Program-made: the position numbers and the translations under genes
Notes under the pieces: generated by a model
Databases searched by the model: none
What the model saw: only the letters and a program-made list of their open reading frames with translations
What the model was told of the DNA's origin: nothing
From: Octopus sinensis
Lineage: Eukaryota
Direction: 5' to 3'
DNA length: 64,000 bases
Assembly: GCF_006345805.1 (NCBI RefSeq)
Contig: NC_043017.1
Coordinates: forward strand, 20,088,001-20,152,000
Shown here: one piece after another, positions 53,906 through 64,000 of the stretch
Numbering within the stretch: position 1 is the stretch's first letter
Layout of the letters: each line of letters opens with the position of its first letter

Positions 53906-53947
53906 GATTATTATTATTATAACCGAGTGAGAGAGCAGCCCAGTTAT
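53631..53947. repeat. Five copies of a 29-bp unit separated by variable (ATT)n
   Basis: ATAAC(C/T)GAGTGAGAGAGCAGCCCAGTTAT at 53631, 53704, 53782, 53839 and 53919. Confidence 0.95.
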
Positions 53948-54028
53948 TAGTATCATTATTATTATTATTATTATTATTATTAGCGCCGCTATCATTATCA
54001 TCATCATCATCATCATTATTATTAGTAA

Positions 54029-54060
<32 letters not shown>

Positions 54061-54351
54061 AGAGGAGGAGGAGGAGAAGGAGGACGAGAGGCACAGTTGT
54101 GGATAAGAAATAACAGTGCCAAACAGAGAAATAGAGAGGAAGAGAGGAAGATAAAAGAGAGAGAGTGTGTGTGTGTATGAGAGAGGGAGAGTATGAAAGA
54201 GAGAGAGAGAGAGGGAGAGAAAGAGACTGATTGACTTTGCCTTTGCTCCTGACAAAATAAAATACCAGTTAAGTACCGGAGGGTGGGGGTGGGGTATAAT
54301 TGGCTTGCCCCTGCCCTCAAAATTGCTGGCTTTGTGCTAAAATTAGAAATG

Positions 54352-54383
<32 letters not shown>

Positions 54384-54553
54384 CATCATTATTATGCCTG
54401 TCTTTGTATTGTTTCCACCATCTTTTGCCCTGGTGGCAAATAAAAGAAACCATTATCATTATCTGTATTATTATTATTATAAGTAGCAGCAGCAGTAGTA
54501 GTAGTAGTAGTGGTGGTGGTGGTGGTGGTAGTAGTATAGTAGTAGTAGTAGTG

Positions 54554-54589
<36 letters not shown>

Positions 54590-54608
54590 AAGTAGTGGTG
54601 GTGGTGGT

Positions 54609-54639
<31 letters not shown>

Positions 54640-55377
54640 TAGTGGTGGTAGTAGTAGTAGTAGTAGTAGTGGTAGTAGTGGTGGTAGTAGTAGTAGAAGC
54701 AGCAGGAGCAATAGTAGCAGCAGCAGAGGGAAAGATACAATAGTGTCAGATAGAAAAAAATCAAGAGAGAAAGAAATAGAGAGGGAGAGAGAGAGGGAGG
54801 GTGAGGGAGAGATAAAATGGTGGTAATCCGGGAGATTGATTTGGTGAATAATAATAGTAAGAAAGACTAAACAATGAAGAGGAAGAAAAGAAATGAATTT
54901 TAATTGATTTCTTTCCAAACCGGCCTCAGGGGTCACCAAGCCAGTTTTCTTTTTTGGTGTTGTTGTTGTTTTTTCCCTTCATACAGGAGATCCTCTAAAT
55001 CTGTGGCACCCAACCTTCTATGGACCCTTCTGATTACTATTATATTCTGGTGACCCACCCACCCATCCCCATCATGTTAATTGATGTTTAACCTTCCAGA
55101 ATTTCTATATCAGGTGAACAGGTTGCGGTCTTAAAGCGACGAAAATATTTTGACAAAGTAAACTTAAATGTTGAAGTGAATCGAACGGCTTTTGTGTGTT
55201 TCTTAAATGGCTTACAAACACCTTCCACGCTGCAATTGTTTTCGTTTCAGCACACGATCTCAGATCAAATCACTTGCTATGCAAGTACATCTCCGTAATA
55301 TTCTACCTGTTTTATGTTAAACATGGTGAAATCCAGCCTTTCATACCCACCCTACATATGACATCCTAAAAATAAAT

Positions 55378-55610
55378 GTCTGAGTGTGGTCGATGCCAGT
55401 ACTGTCTGATTGGTTCCTGTGGTGGTGGCACATAAAAAGCACCCACTACACTCTTGGAGTGGTTGGTGTTAGGAAGAGCATCCAGCTGTAGAAACCTTGC
55501 CAGATTAGATTGGAGCCTGGTGCAGCCTCCTGGCTTGCCAGTCCTTAGTCAAACCGTCCGACCCATGCCATCATGGAAAGTGTATGTTAAACGATGATGA
55601 TGATGATGAA
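55378..55610 (+). mobile_element. R-type retroposon 3' end inserted in a TTAA-type MITE
   Basis: GGTGTTAGGAAGAGCATCCAGCTGTAGAAACC...GTTAAACG(ATG)n; the flanks match two halves of 24617-24841. Confidence 0.75.
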
Positions 55611-56009
55611 CATGATAATAACATCATTGAAAATCTTGAAGATAAGAGATAATGCATAATTAATTCAAAATGGTATGAATAGATTAGAATTACATTTGAC
55701 AGAATAATCCGAAGGCTAAAAGATAAAAAGAATTGTTCTATAGATCCTTCTTGCAAAATTCCTGTTTTGCTTTTCATTCATTCACTTGTATGGGTTTACA
55801 AGAGTGCTCACTGCAAGAGAACATGTTTCCTGGCCAGAAATGTGTTGAAAAATGTTAGGTGTGAGAGAAAGAAACCTTGCTATTTCTGGCAATAAACATA
55901 CCTAAACCAAAGTTTTTTTTTTTTTTACAGACCCTTAAAATACGTACAACTGTGGATCCCCATTTTACTATTTTGCTTGCAAGGACCCTCACAAATCTGA
56001 TACGGACCC

Positions 56010-56263
56010 TGAAGGTTCTCAACCAGGTTTTTCCTATGAAGACCTTTTATTCCTGTTTTACTTGGATGGACCCTCAGTGCCCTTCAATGTTTTAAAAATC
56101 CTGTTATATTTTTGGAATTGAATATTATTAAGAATTATATCAAAGAATTGTTCAAATATTCTGTGGATTGGAGAAGTATAAGCAATTTATTGCAGATAAA
56201 GTTTAAGAGCAAAATCTTATGAGGACCTCCATGGGTCATACGAACCCCCATTGAGAACTAATG
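56010..56263. mobile_element. hAT/Charlie-like MITE
   Basis: GGTTCTCAAC (56014) ... TTGAGAAC (56251) inverted ends; shares AAAATCTTAT..GGACC..GGGTCAT with 23653-24004. Confidence 0.5.
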
Positions 56264-56710
56264 CTCTAAACTAAACATATCTCACCCCTGACTGTTTATC
56301 ACATCTTGTACTTTGAGGACTCACCCTGAAAACCCTTTTATTTGTCTTTTCCAATCCAACTCTGGTGTCTTCACCCCTGTTTCATGTGAAGTAGCCTTCA
56401 TCTCCCAGCATAAAACCGATTCTCTCTCTCTCTCTTTCTCTTTCCATACTGTAGTCCCACTCATTTGAAGGGGGCCTTAGTTTTTCAAGATGCATTGGCA
56501 ACCTCATTGGTGCTGGTGTCATGAAAGATGCATTCAGTAACATTTCGTAAAAAAAAATTTGGAATTAGGAGAGGACATCTGACTAGAAACTGTACTGGGG
56601 CAGACATTTGTGCATGATGCTGTCCTTGGACCCTTCAGAACCGTTCACAATGTCCAACTTGTGTCAACATGGAAAACAGCAGTGTGATGATGATGATGAT
56701 GATGTAATCA

Positions 56711-57105
56711 GAGCGTGGCTGTGTGGTTAAGGAGTTCACTTTGCAACCTTGTGGTTTTAGGTTCAGTCCCACTGCAGTGCACCCTGGGCAAGCATCTTTT
56801 ACAGCCTTGGACTGACAAATCCCTTGTGAATGAATTTGGTAGATGGAAACTATGTGTAAACCTGTTATATGAGTGTATCTATGTAGTGCGTGTGTGTGTG
56901 TGGTGTGTATTGTGTGCTTTGTCTCTCCCCGCCACTTGACAACCAGTGTTGGTTTGTTCATGTCCTTGCAACTTAGCAATTTGACAAAAGGGATTGATAT
57001 AAATACCAGGCATAAAAATATATTGTGGAGCCAATTCGTTCCACTAAACCCTTCAAGGTATGCTCCAGCATGGCCACAGTCCAATGACGGAAACAAGTAA
57101 AAAAA
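56711..57105 (+). mobile_element. Family C SINE, full length, diverged
   Basis: GTGGCTGTGTGGTTAAG head through GGAAACAAGTAAAA. Confidence 0.85.
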
Positions 57106-57220
57106 AGGGTGTGTGTGGGGTGGGGATAAAAGAACAAATAAGACGAACCCTGCCCTCTTCTCCAGCTAACCAGTTGTATACCACCTCCACCTTCATCCAG
57201 CTCACCTGTGTCTCCTTCCC

Positions 57221-57459
57221 TAATCAGGTGGGAGAGATGTGCACCAATACTGTGTAATAACTTCAAAGCATTTCATAGCATTTATTGATGTTCCTGCACA
57301 TGTCATTGAAACGACCAAATAGAGGTCACCTTGACCCCCATCATGTTCATAGAAACAAGGCTCAAGGAAAGGTTAATGTGCTCAAGATATATCAGAGTAG
57401 GGACAATAAGATTCTCTTGAGAGAATAAAGAAGAAAAAGGATTGCTGTTAAACAAATGG
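57221..57459 (+). repeat. Left arm of a diverged inverted repeat
   Basis: Colinear exact matches to the reverse complement of 58717-58961: 18 nt (57294-57311 / 58869-58886), 15 nt (57401-57415 / 58763-58777), 11 nt (57449-57459 / 58717-58727). Confidence 0.85.
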
Positions 57460-57549
57460 AACAGGATATAATGTCATGTTGACTTGGTTCTTTCTGCTTC
57501 TAAGGGATTGGGAAAATAAAGTATCAGGTATCAGGTAAGTATTGGGTCT

Positions 57550-58332
57550 ATCAAAACATTTTTTCTCCTGGAAGATCAACCTTCTGAAGTTCCTGAATCT
57601 TATCTTTTCAAAAGATTAACCCTTTGGAATTCCAAAATCTTTTCCTTTCAGAAAAATCAACACATTGGAATTCCCAAATCTTTTCTTGTGACAAGGTCAG
57701 CCTGAAATACCCAAATTTTTTCCTCTTGGAAGAGGAACACTCTGAAATACCTGAATATTTTTCCATTAGAAGACCAACACTTTGGAATTCCAAAATATAT
57801 TCCTCCCAAAAGTTCTGCACGAAATTCCAGAATCTTTTCCTCCTGGAAGACCAACCCTTTGAAACTCCAGAACGTTTTCCTCTCAGAAGACCAACACTTT
57901 GGAATTCCAAAATATATTCCTCTCAAAAGTTCTGCATGAAATTCCAGAATCTTTTCCTCCTGGAAGACCAACCCTCTGAAACTCCAGAATGTTTTCCTCT
58001 CAGAAGACTAACACTTTGGAATTCCAAAATATATTCCTCCCAAAAGTTCTGCACGAAATTCCAGAATCTTTTCCTCCTGGAAGACCAACCCTTTGAAACT
58101 CCAGAACGTTTTCTTCTCAGAAGACCAACACTTTGGAATTCCAAAATATATTCCTCTCAAAAGTTCTGCATGAAATTCCAGAATCTTTTCCTCCTGGAAG
58201 ACCAACCCTCTGAAACTCCAGAATGTTTTCCTCTCAGAAGACTAACACTTTGGAATTCCAAAATATATTCTCCCAGAAAGTCAGACTTATGGAATTCCAA
58301 TCTTTTCCTCCTGGAAGATCAATCCTTTGGCA
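57550..58332. repeat. Higher-order minisatellite: ~40-bp monomer, 117-bp trimer, 234-bp dimer
   Basis: Units start at 57825, 57942, 58059 and 58176 (117-bp period = 40+40+37); A/B alternation at five diagnostic sites; degenerate 40-mers on both flanks. Confidence 0.95.
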
Positions 58333-58716
58333 TTAACATATTTCAAGCAGAAGTTGGCTTGCAGATATTCCAGTCTGATATAAACCACATCAATGTCTCA
58401 TGAGAAGCAGGAGGTCTGTGAGCATCTGAAACCATTGTCTTTCTAACCCCGTTTAACTCCTGACTGAAACAACATGAAAAAAAACCCAAAACATAAGGCA
58501 TCTTTTATTGTTGTTTAGTTCCAATTCAAGTCCTAAATACGTAGACCTATACATGAAGTAATTCGCCCCCTAAGGCTGAACTAAAAGCAGAAAAGGCTAC
58601 TCAATTTTCTCTATTCAAAGAGATTTTAACTCAATATTTGCATGTTACTGTTTGTAGCTTTTCTACTTAAAGTTCAAATGTTTCATGGCAAATCATTACA
58701 ATGCTGTGTTTTAATG

Positions 58717-58961
58717 CCATTTGTTTAGCATCAATACTGACTTTTCTCCATATTTTCTAAACAGAATCTTATTGTCCATATTTTGACATATCTTGGATGC
58801 ATTAATCTTCCCTTCATCCTTACTCCCATGAATATAGTTGTAGGTCATGTTGACCTTTATTTTTATCATTTCAATGACATGTGCAGAAACACCATAAAAT
58901 TCTATGAAAATCCTTTGAAGTCAGCCCAATATTGATGCATCACATTTCTCACATCTGATTA
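58717..58961 (-). repeat. Right arm of the diverged inverted repeat
   Basis: See left arm; carries a ~65-codon stop-free minus-strand frame FIEFYGVSAHVIEMIKIKV...SVLMLNKWH*. Confidence 0.85.
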
Positions 58962-60297
58962 GCCAATATGGGATTTAAAAATCTTCAAATTTCTCTATTG
59001 ATAGTGGAAGAAATTGCATGTTTTTCTGGATTTGTTTTGTCTCAGCTCTTAAATGCTGCATCAACATCTGCTACGATGATCAATTCCTTAAACAAGTTTT
59101 TTTAGTAAACAAACAACTGTTTTGTATTTCAAGTACATTCACATCATTTTCCATTCTTGGTGCAAAGGTATCATGCATTTTTCTCGATAAAGTTTCCTAT
59201 AGTTGCTATTGATATATATATATGATGATGATGATGATGATATATATATATGTATGCGTTTATGTGTGTGTATAAATTGTAATTTTCTTCTTTTTTAAGG
59301 CTGGGAGAAGAGAAGGGTGTTATTTGGGGTATCGAATCCAATTTAACACAAGAAACTGTTGAAGCTGCCTCACCACCCATCTCTGTAAAAGCTGACCAAA
59401 CTGAGAGTGAAGTAAGATGAGGTAAGAGCAGAGGATGAAGAGGAAGGGGGTGGAGGAGATGGATGATATAAACTAAAAGAAATGGAAACAGACAGGGTGA
59501 AAGTTGTATGGAGACAGGGAGAGAGGTGCAGTTCTGTAAATAGTGTAGGGCGTGGTGTTGGAGGTGGATAAAAGTGTGCAGAGGCAGCCCAGGGTATGTG
59601 AGGTAGAGGATAGGACTGTGGGTGGCTGGTGGTGTGGTGGTGGGTTAGAGGGTCGTGGGGGGTTGAGGTGTAGGATGGGAGTGTGGAATGGAAGGTAGGG
59701 TGTGTTGGGTCGAGAGGGGTGTATGGGGTAGTGAACATGGGGTGTGTGGTAGGGGAGATTGGAGGTTAGGATGGGTGTGTGGGGTAGGTGGAGGATAGGG
59801 GTCTGCATGAGTGTAGGGGCAGAGGACAGGGGTATATGAGAGTTAAGGGTAGGATGTGTGGGGTAGCAACAGTGTGTATGTGTGTGTGGGGGGTGGTGAG
59901 AAATATGAAGGAATGATTGACAAAAAGAGAAAGGAAAGAGAAGAGAGGGTGGGGGTTAAGAAGAGGAAGAAGAATGAAGACAGAGGAAGATAGAGAAAAA
60001 TGTAAATGAAATAGGGGTAAGAAGAAAAAAAAAAGAAAAGGAAAAAGAAAGTAGAATAGCAAGTAATTTAGGAATAAGGGTGGGCGGGTAGGGTTCAGAA
60101 GAAATGAGGTCGAGTAGGGGTAGGAGCTGGAGACCTAACCACCCCCTTTTGAAATACAGAAACAACAAGGCACAAGACAGTAACAACATTAACAGCAACA
60201 ATATGATGAACAGGAAAAAATAACAACAACAACAAAACTCAACATAACAAATAAGAGCAATGAGTGTGACAACAACAACAACAACAGCAATACTAAT

Positions 60298-60507
60298 GAT
60301 CCTTTCTACTTTAGGCACAAGGCCTGCAATTTAGAGGAGGGGACTAGTTGATTACATTGACCCCAGTGCATAACTGGTACTCATTTTAGCAACCCTGAAA
60401 GGATGAAAGGCAAAGTCAACCTCTTCAGAATTTGAACTCAGAACATGAAGATGAGCAAAATACCTCCAAGCATTTCATCCAGCATATTAATGATTCTGGC
60501 AGCTCAT
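60298..60507 (-). mobile_element. Family M SINE
   Basis: CCTTTCTACTTTAGGCACAAGGCC tail, central module and head. Confidence 0.85.
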
Positions 60508-60541
60508 TAATAATAATAATGATAATGATAATAATAGTAAT

Positions 60542-60581
<40 letters not shown>

Positions 60582-60582
60582 T

Positions 60583-60938
60583 AATACCTGTTGTCATAGG
60601 TGTCCTGGGAATGATAGCTAAAGGGGCTGATCGCTACCTAACTCAGATACCAGGAAACCCCAAAATGGCAAAAATTCAAAAGATAGTGCTCATGGGAACT
60701 GCTCATATCCTACGCAAAATACTCTCTATGCAATCTCAAGTTTTAAAACAAATATAATTTTGTTTTTTTTTGTTGTTTTTCTTTTAGACATTCACTAGTA
60801 CAACACTAAATACAAAACCAAATATATGGTACACACTAGGCATAACAACAACACGAACTTCCAACCTGTTGTCTCTTGAGGTCTTTGGGTGAGACTTGGA
60901 GCCAACTTGTACAAATATAAAGCAAAAATCAAACATAG
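60583..60938 (+). mobile_element. R4/Dong-type 3' fragment, family 2
   Basis: Translates IPVVIGVLGMIAKGADRYLTQIPGNPKMAKIQKIVLMGTAHILRKILSM; 3' UTR shared with 20751; (AAT)n on both sides. Confidence 0.88.
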
Positions 60939-60978
60939 AATAATAATAATAATAATAATAATAATTATTATTATAGTA

Positions 60979-61326
60979 ATCCTTTCTACTTTTGGCTCAA
61001 GGCCTGGAATTTGAAGGAATACTTTGGCCCCAGTATTCAACTGGTGCTTATTTTATCAACCCTGAAAGGATGAATGGCAAAGTCGACCTCAGCAGAAATT
61101 GAACTCAGAATGTAACGATGTGCGAAATACCGCTAAGCATTGCATCCAACATGTTAATGGTTCTGGCAGCTTTTCTGCCTTAATAATAATTCTTTCTACT
61201 ATAGGCACAAGGCTTGAAATTTTGAAAGACCAAGTCGACCTTGGTGGAATTTGAACTCAGAACATGAGACAAGACGAAATGCCACTAAGCATTTTGCCCA
61301 GTATGGTAATGATTTTGCTAGCTTGT
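60979..61326 (-). mobile_element. Two tandem family M SINEs (the second with internal deletion)
   Basis: Two CTTTCTACT..GGC(T/A)CAAGG tails and two heads. Confidence 0.8.
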
Positions 61327-62599
61327 CCCTTTTTTTTCGTAAATTTAATAATAATGCTGACAACAACAATGAGAACATGAATAAAACCTAGCATAACAAC
61401 AAAGGCAATAACAACAAGAACAGTGACAGCAATCGAAATAACCACAACAACAACATGATGAAGATAGTAACAAAAATCTTATAACAACATCAACATGAGC
61501 ATAACAACAAAAGTTGTGGTGCACCTGAGCACTGTATACAATAATTTCATTATTATTATTATTTAACTGTAACAAGAATCTAATAACACCGATGACAACA
61601 ACACCAACTGCAACAACAACGCTGCAATACAAAACAAGAAGAACATCAGCAGTAAACATGCATAACAACAAGAACAGAAACAAGAATCTCACAACAACAA
61701 GAGTGACATGGTTCTAATAATAAAACCAACAACACAAAACAAAGACTACTACTACTACTACTACTACTACGACTACAGCAGCAGCAGCAGCAGCAAGGAA
61801 TACACTGCTGCCATTGCAAATGATGGCAACAATGTTAAGAACTACAATAACAATGACAACAACAGCAACAACAAAAAAAGCAAGAAAAAAAAAAGAAAAA
61901 GATAGTCACTAGTACAACCAAAACGACAACAGCGCTAATGAGAAAGAAGATTCAACGATGACGACGACGACGACAACAACAAAACAACTACAGAGTGACT
62001 GTGTTTGACACAAAGTATAATGAGAAGGAGGAAGGGGGATGAAAAGGAGAGGAGGAGGCTTGATGATTGCTTGGTGATGGGGTCTTGGCGGTGATGATGG
62101 CAATGTGGATGGTGGTGTAGGTTGTGTTGATTGGTGTTAGTGGTGGTGGAGGTGAAGGTAGCGATAGTTATGACCATGGTAGTGGTGGCGGTGGGGGTGG
62201 TGCTGATGGCAGCGAATGAAGGGGGGTAGAATTTTGACAAGATGTTTACAAGACTTGCAAATGAGTCCCAAATTAGGAAATAGATGCGGAATTAGAGAAC
62301 TTAGCAGAAATTCAAGAAGATGAATGAAAAGACAGCTGAAATGGCGGCAAAGTCGAAACCAGTAGAAGAGCAGAAGGACGGGGAGAGAGAATTAGTAAAT
62401 AATAATAATAATAATCCCTTCTACTAAAGGCACAAGGCCTGAAATTTTTGTGGCAGGGAGAGGATTAACCATTTACAACGACCCCAGTGTTTCAGTGGTA
62501 TTTAATTTATCGTCCCTGAAAGGATGAAAGGCAAAGTCAACCTCAGTAGAATTTGAACTCAGAACATAAAGTACTCATCTGGTACTTTATTTTACTAAG

Positions 62600-63050
62600 G
62601 TGTTGCTGTGTGAGAAGGAGCTTGCTTACCAACCACATGGTTCTCGTTCAGTCCCACTGCATGGCACCTTGGGTAAGTGTCTTCTACTACAGCCTTAGGC
62701 TGACTAAAGCCTTGTTAGTGGATTTGGTAGACGGAAATTGAAAGAAGCCAGATATATTCTTTTACTCTTGTCTCAGTCATTTGACTGTGGCCATGCTGGA
62801 GCACCACCTGATATATAAATGTGTGTGTTTGATTATGTGTGTGTGTATCTCTGTGTCAGTGTTTGTCCCCCACTACTACTTGGTGTTGGTGTGTTTATGT
62901 CCCTATAACTTAACGGTTCAGCAAAAAGATCGATAGAATCAGGCTTAAAAAGTAAAAAATTAGTACAGGGGTTGATTCATTCAGCTAAAGTTTCGTCAAG
63001 GCAGTGCTCCAGCATGGCCGCAGTCCAATGACTTAAACAAGTAGAAGAAA
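62600..63050 (+). mobile_element. Family C SINE containing an antisense 3' fragment of the same family
   Basis: Head 62600-62750, antisense fragment 62757-62808, sense 3' module 62830-63050. Confidence 0.75.
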
Positions 63051-63925
63051 GAAAATAAAGGGAGGAAAGGCAAAGTTGACCTCTAGGACCCTAAATTTTT
63101 GGTGGGGCAAAAAAAAATCAATTATGTTCACCCTGGTACTTTGCTGGTACTTTATTCAATCAACCCGAAGTACACGAGAGGTAAAATCAATTATAATACT
63201 GTTATATCTAAATTTCAATGTTCAATTTTAATTTTTGAAAAAAAAAAAACTATTTTGCTTAATTTATGTTCCAAATATCAATTTTTTATTTCTTAATTAT
63301 GAAAAAGTTAATTATTTTTACTAAACACTCCTCTGTAATCTTGGCTTGTTCCGAAATTAATTGAAACACAGAAACAGTGTGTTTCATTTGAAATGAGATC
63401 ATGAAAAGGGTCAAATGGCGCTGAATAATAAAAATGAGTTCTGTGAGAATTTTATTTTTATTCACATGTTTTCGGTTCTGAAGGTCACTGGAAACAGAAA
63501 ACCAAAATCTTTAAATGAGCTTGTTTATGCAAATATCCAAATTTGTTAAAACAAACCCTGACCATGCTAACAGGGGTTACTTATCCTTTGTTTGAACTCA
63601 CAAAGGAGAGATAAGGAAAATGATAATTATTTCTGCTATCGGCACAAGGCTTGAAATTTTTGAGAGAGGAGGTTAGCCAATGGCTTTGACCCCCCCCCCA
63701 GTATCCAACTGGTACTTGTTTTATCAACCCTGAAAGGACGAAAGGCAAAGTCACAGCATAGCACTCTGGGAAAATTTCTTCTATTATAGCCCCTCTCCCC
63801 AATGCTTGTGAGTGGATTTCATTGATGGAAACTGAAAAAATCCTATCATGTATATACATATTTATATAAATACATGCATACATATGTATGTATGTATGTA
63901 TATCATTGTTCAGCTTTATTTCAAG

Positions 63926-63965
63926 ACTAGCACTATGACCCGGCAACGCTGGGTCATATGCTAGT
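63926..63965. other. 40-bp palindrome containing a Helitron-type 3' hairpin with CTAG at both ends
   Basis: ACTAGCACTATGACCCGGCAACGCTGGGTCATATGCTAGT; arms are reverse complements apart from 1 mismatch and 1 gap; loop AAC as in the Helitron end at 14923-14950. Confidence 0.8.
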
Positions 63966-64000
63966 GCATGTATATACAGCTGCGTGCGTGCGCACATACA

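Noticed and set aside
53631-53947. CRISPR-like repeat-spacer appearance
   Set aside because: Spacers are only (ATT)n of variable length; no unique spacers, no cas genes, eukaryotic context.

Overview
Eukaryotic, AT-rich, repeat-saturated DNA with no confidently identifiable host gene. The mix of (TA)n/(AAT)n/(ATC)n/(CA)n microsatellites and the recurring tRNA-derived SINE families fits a coleoid cephalopod (Octopus-like) intron or intergenic region; the taxon is inferred from repeat content only. Nearly all ORFs in the track are microsatellite artefacts. Supportable content: (1) dozens of SINE copies from several modular families, given working names M (head GGCGGCGAGCTGGCAG), C (CORE-like, internal microsatellite), V-domain types and R (RTE-like 3' tail); (2) four 5'-truncated R4/Dong-type (RLE) retrotransposon 3' ends from two families, sitting in (AAT)n; (3) an RTE-like LINE 3' end with two C2H2 fingers; (4) a non-autonomous Helitron, a mariner deletion derivative and hAT-like and TTAA-type MITEs; (5) unusual local structures: a three-tier 40/117/234-bp satellite between diverged inverted arms, a 29-bp unit repeated five times in (ATT)n, a ~300-bp palindrome and a stand-alone 40-bp Helitron-like hairpin. 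A few CpG-rich islands could be exons, at low confidence. SINE boundaries are approximate (about +/-10 bp) and family names are descriptive, not database assignments.
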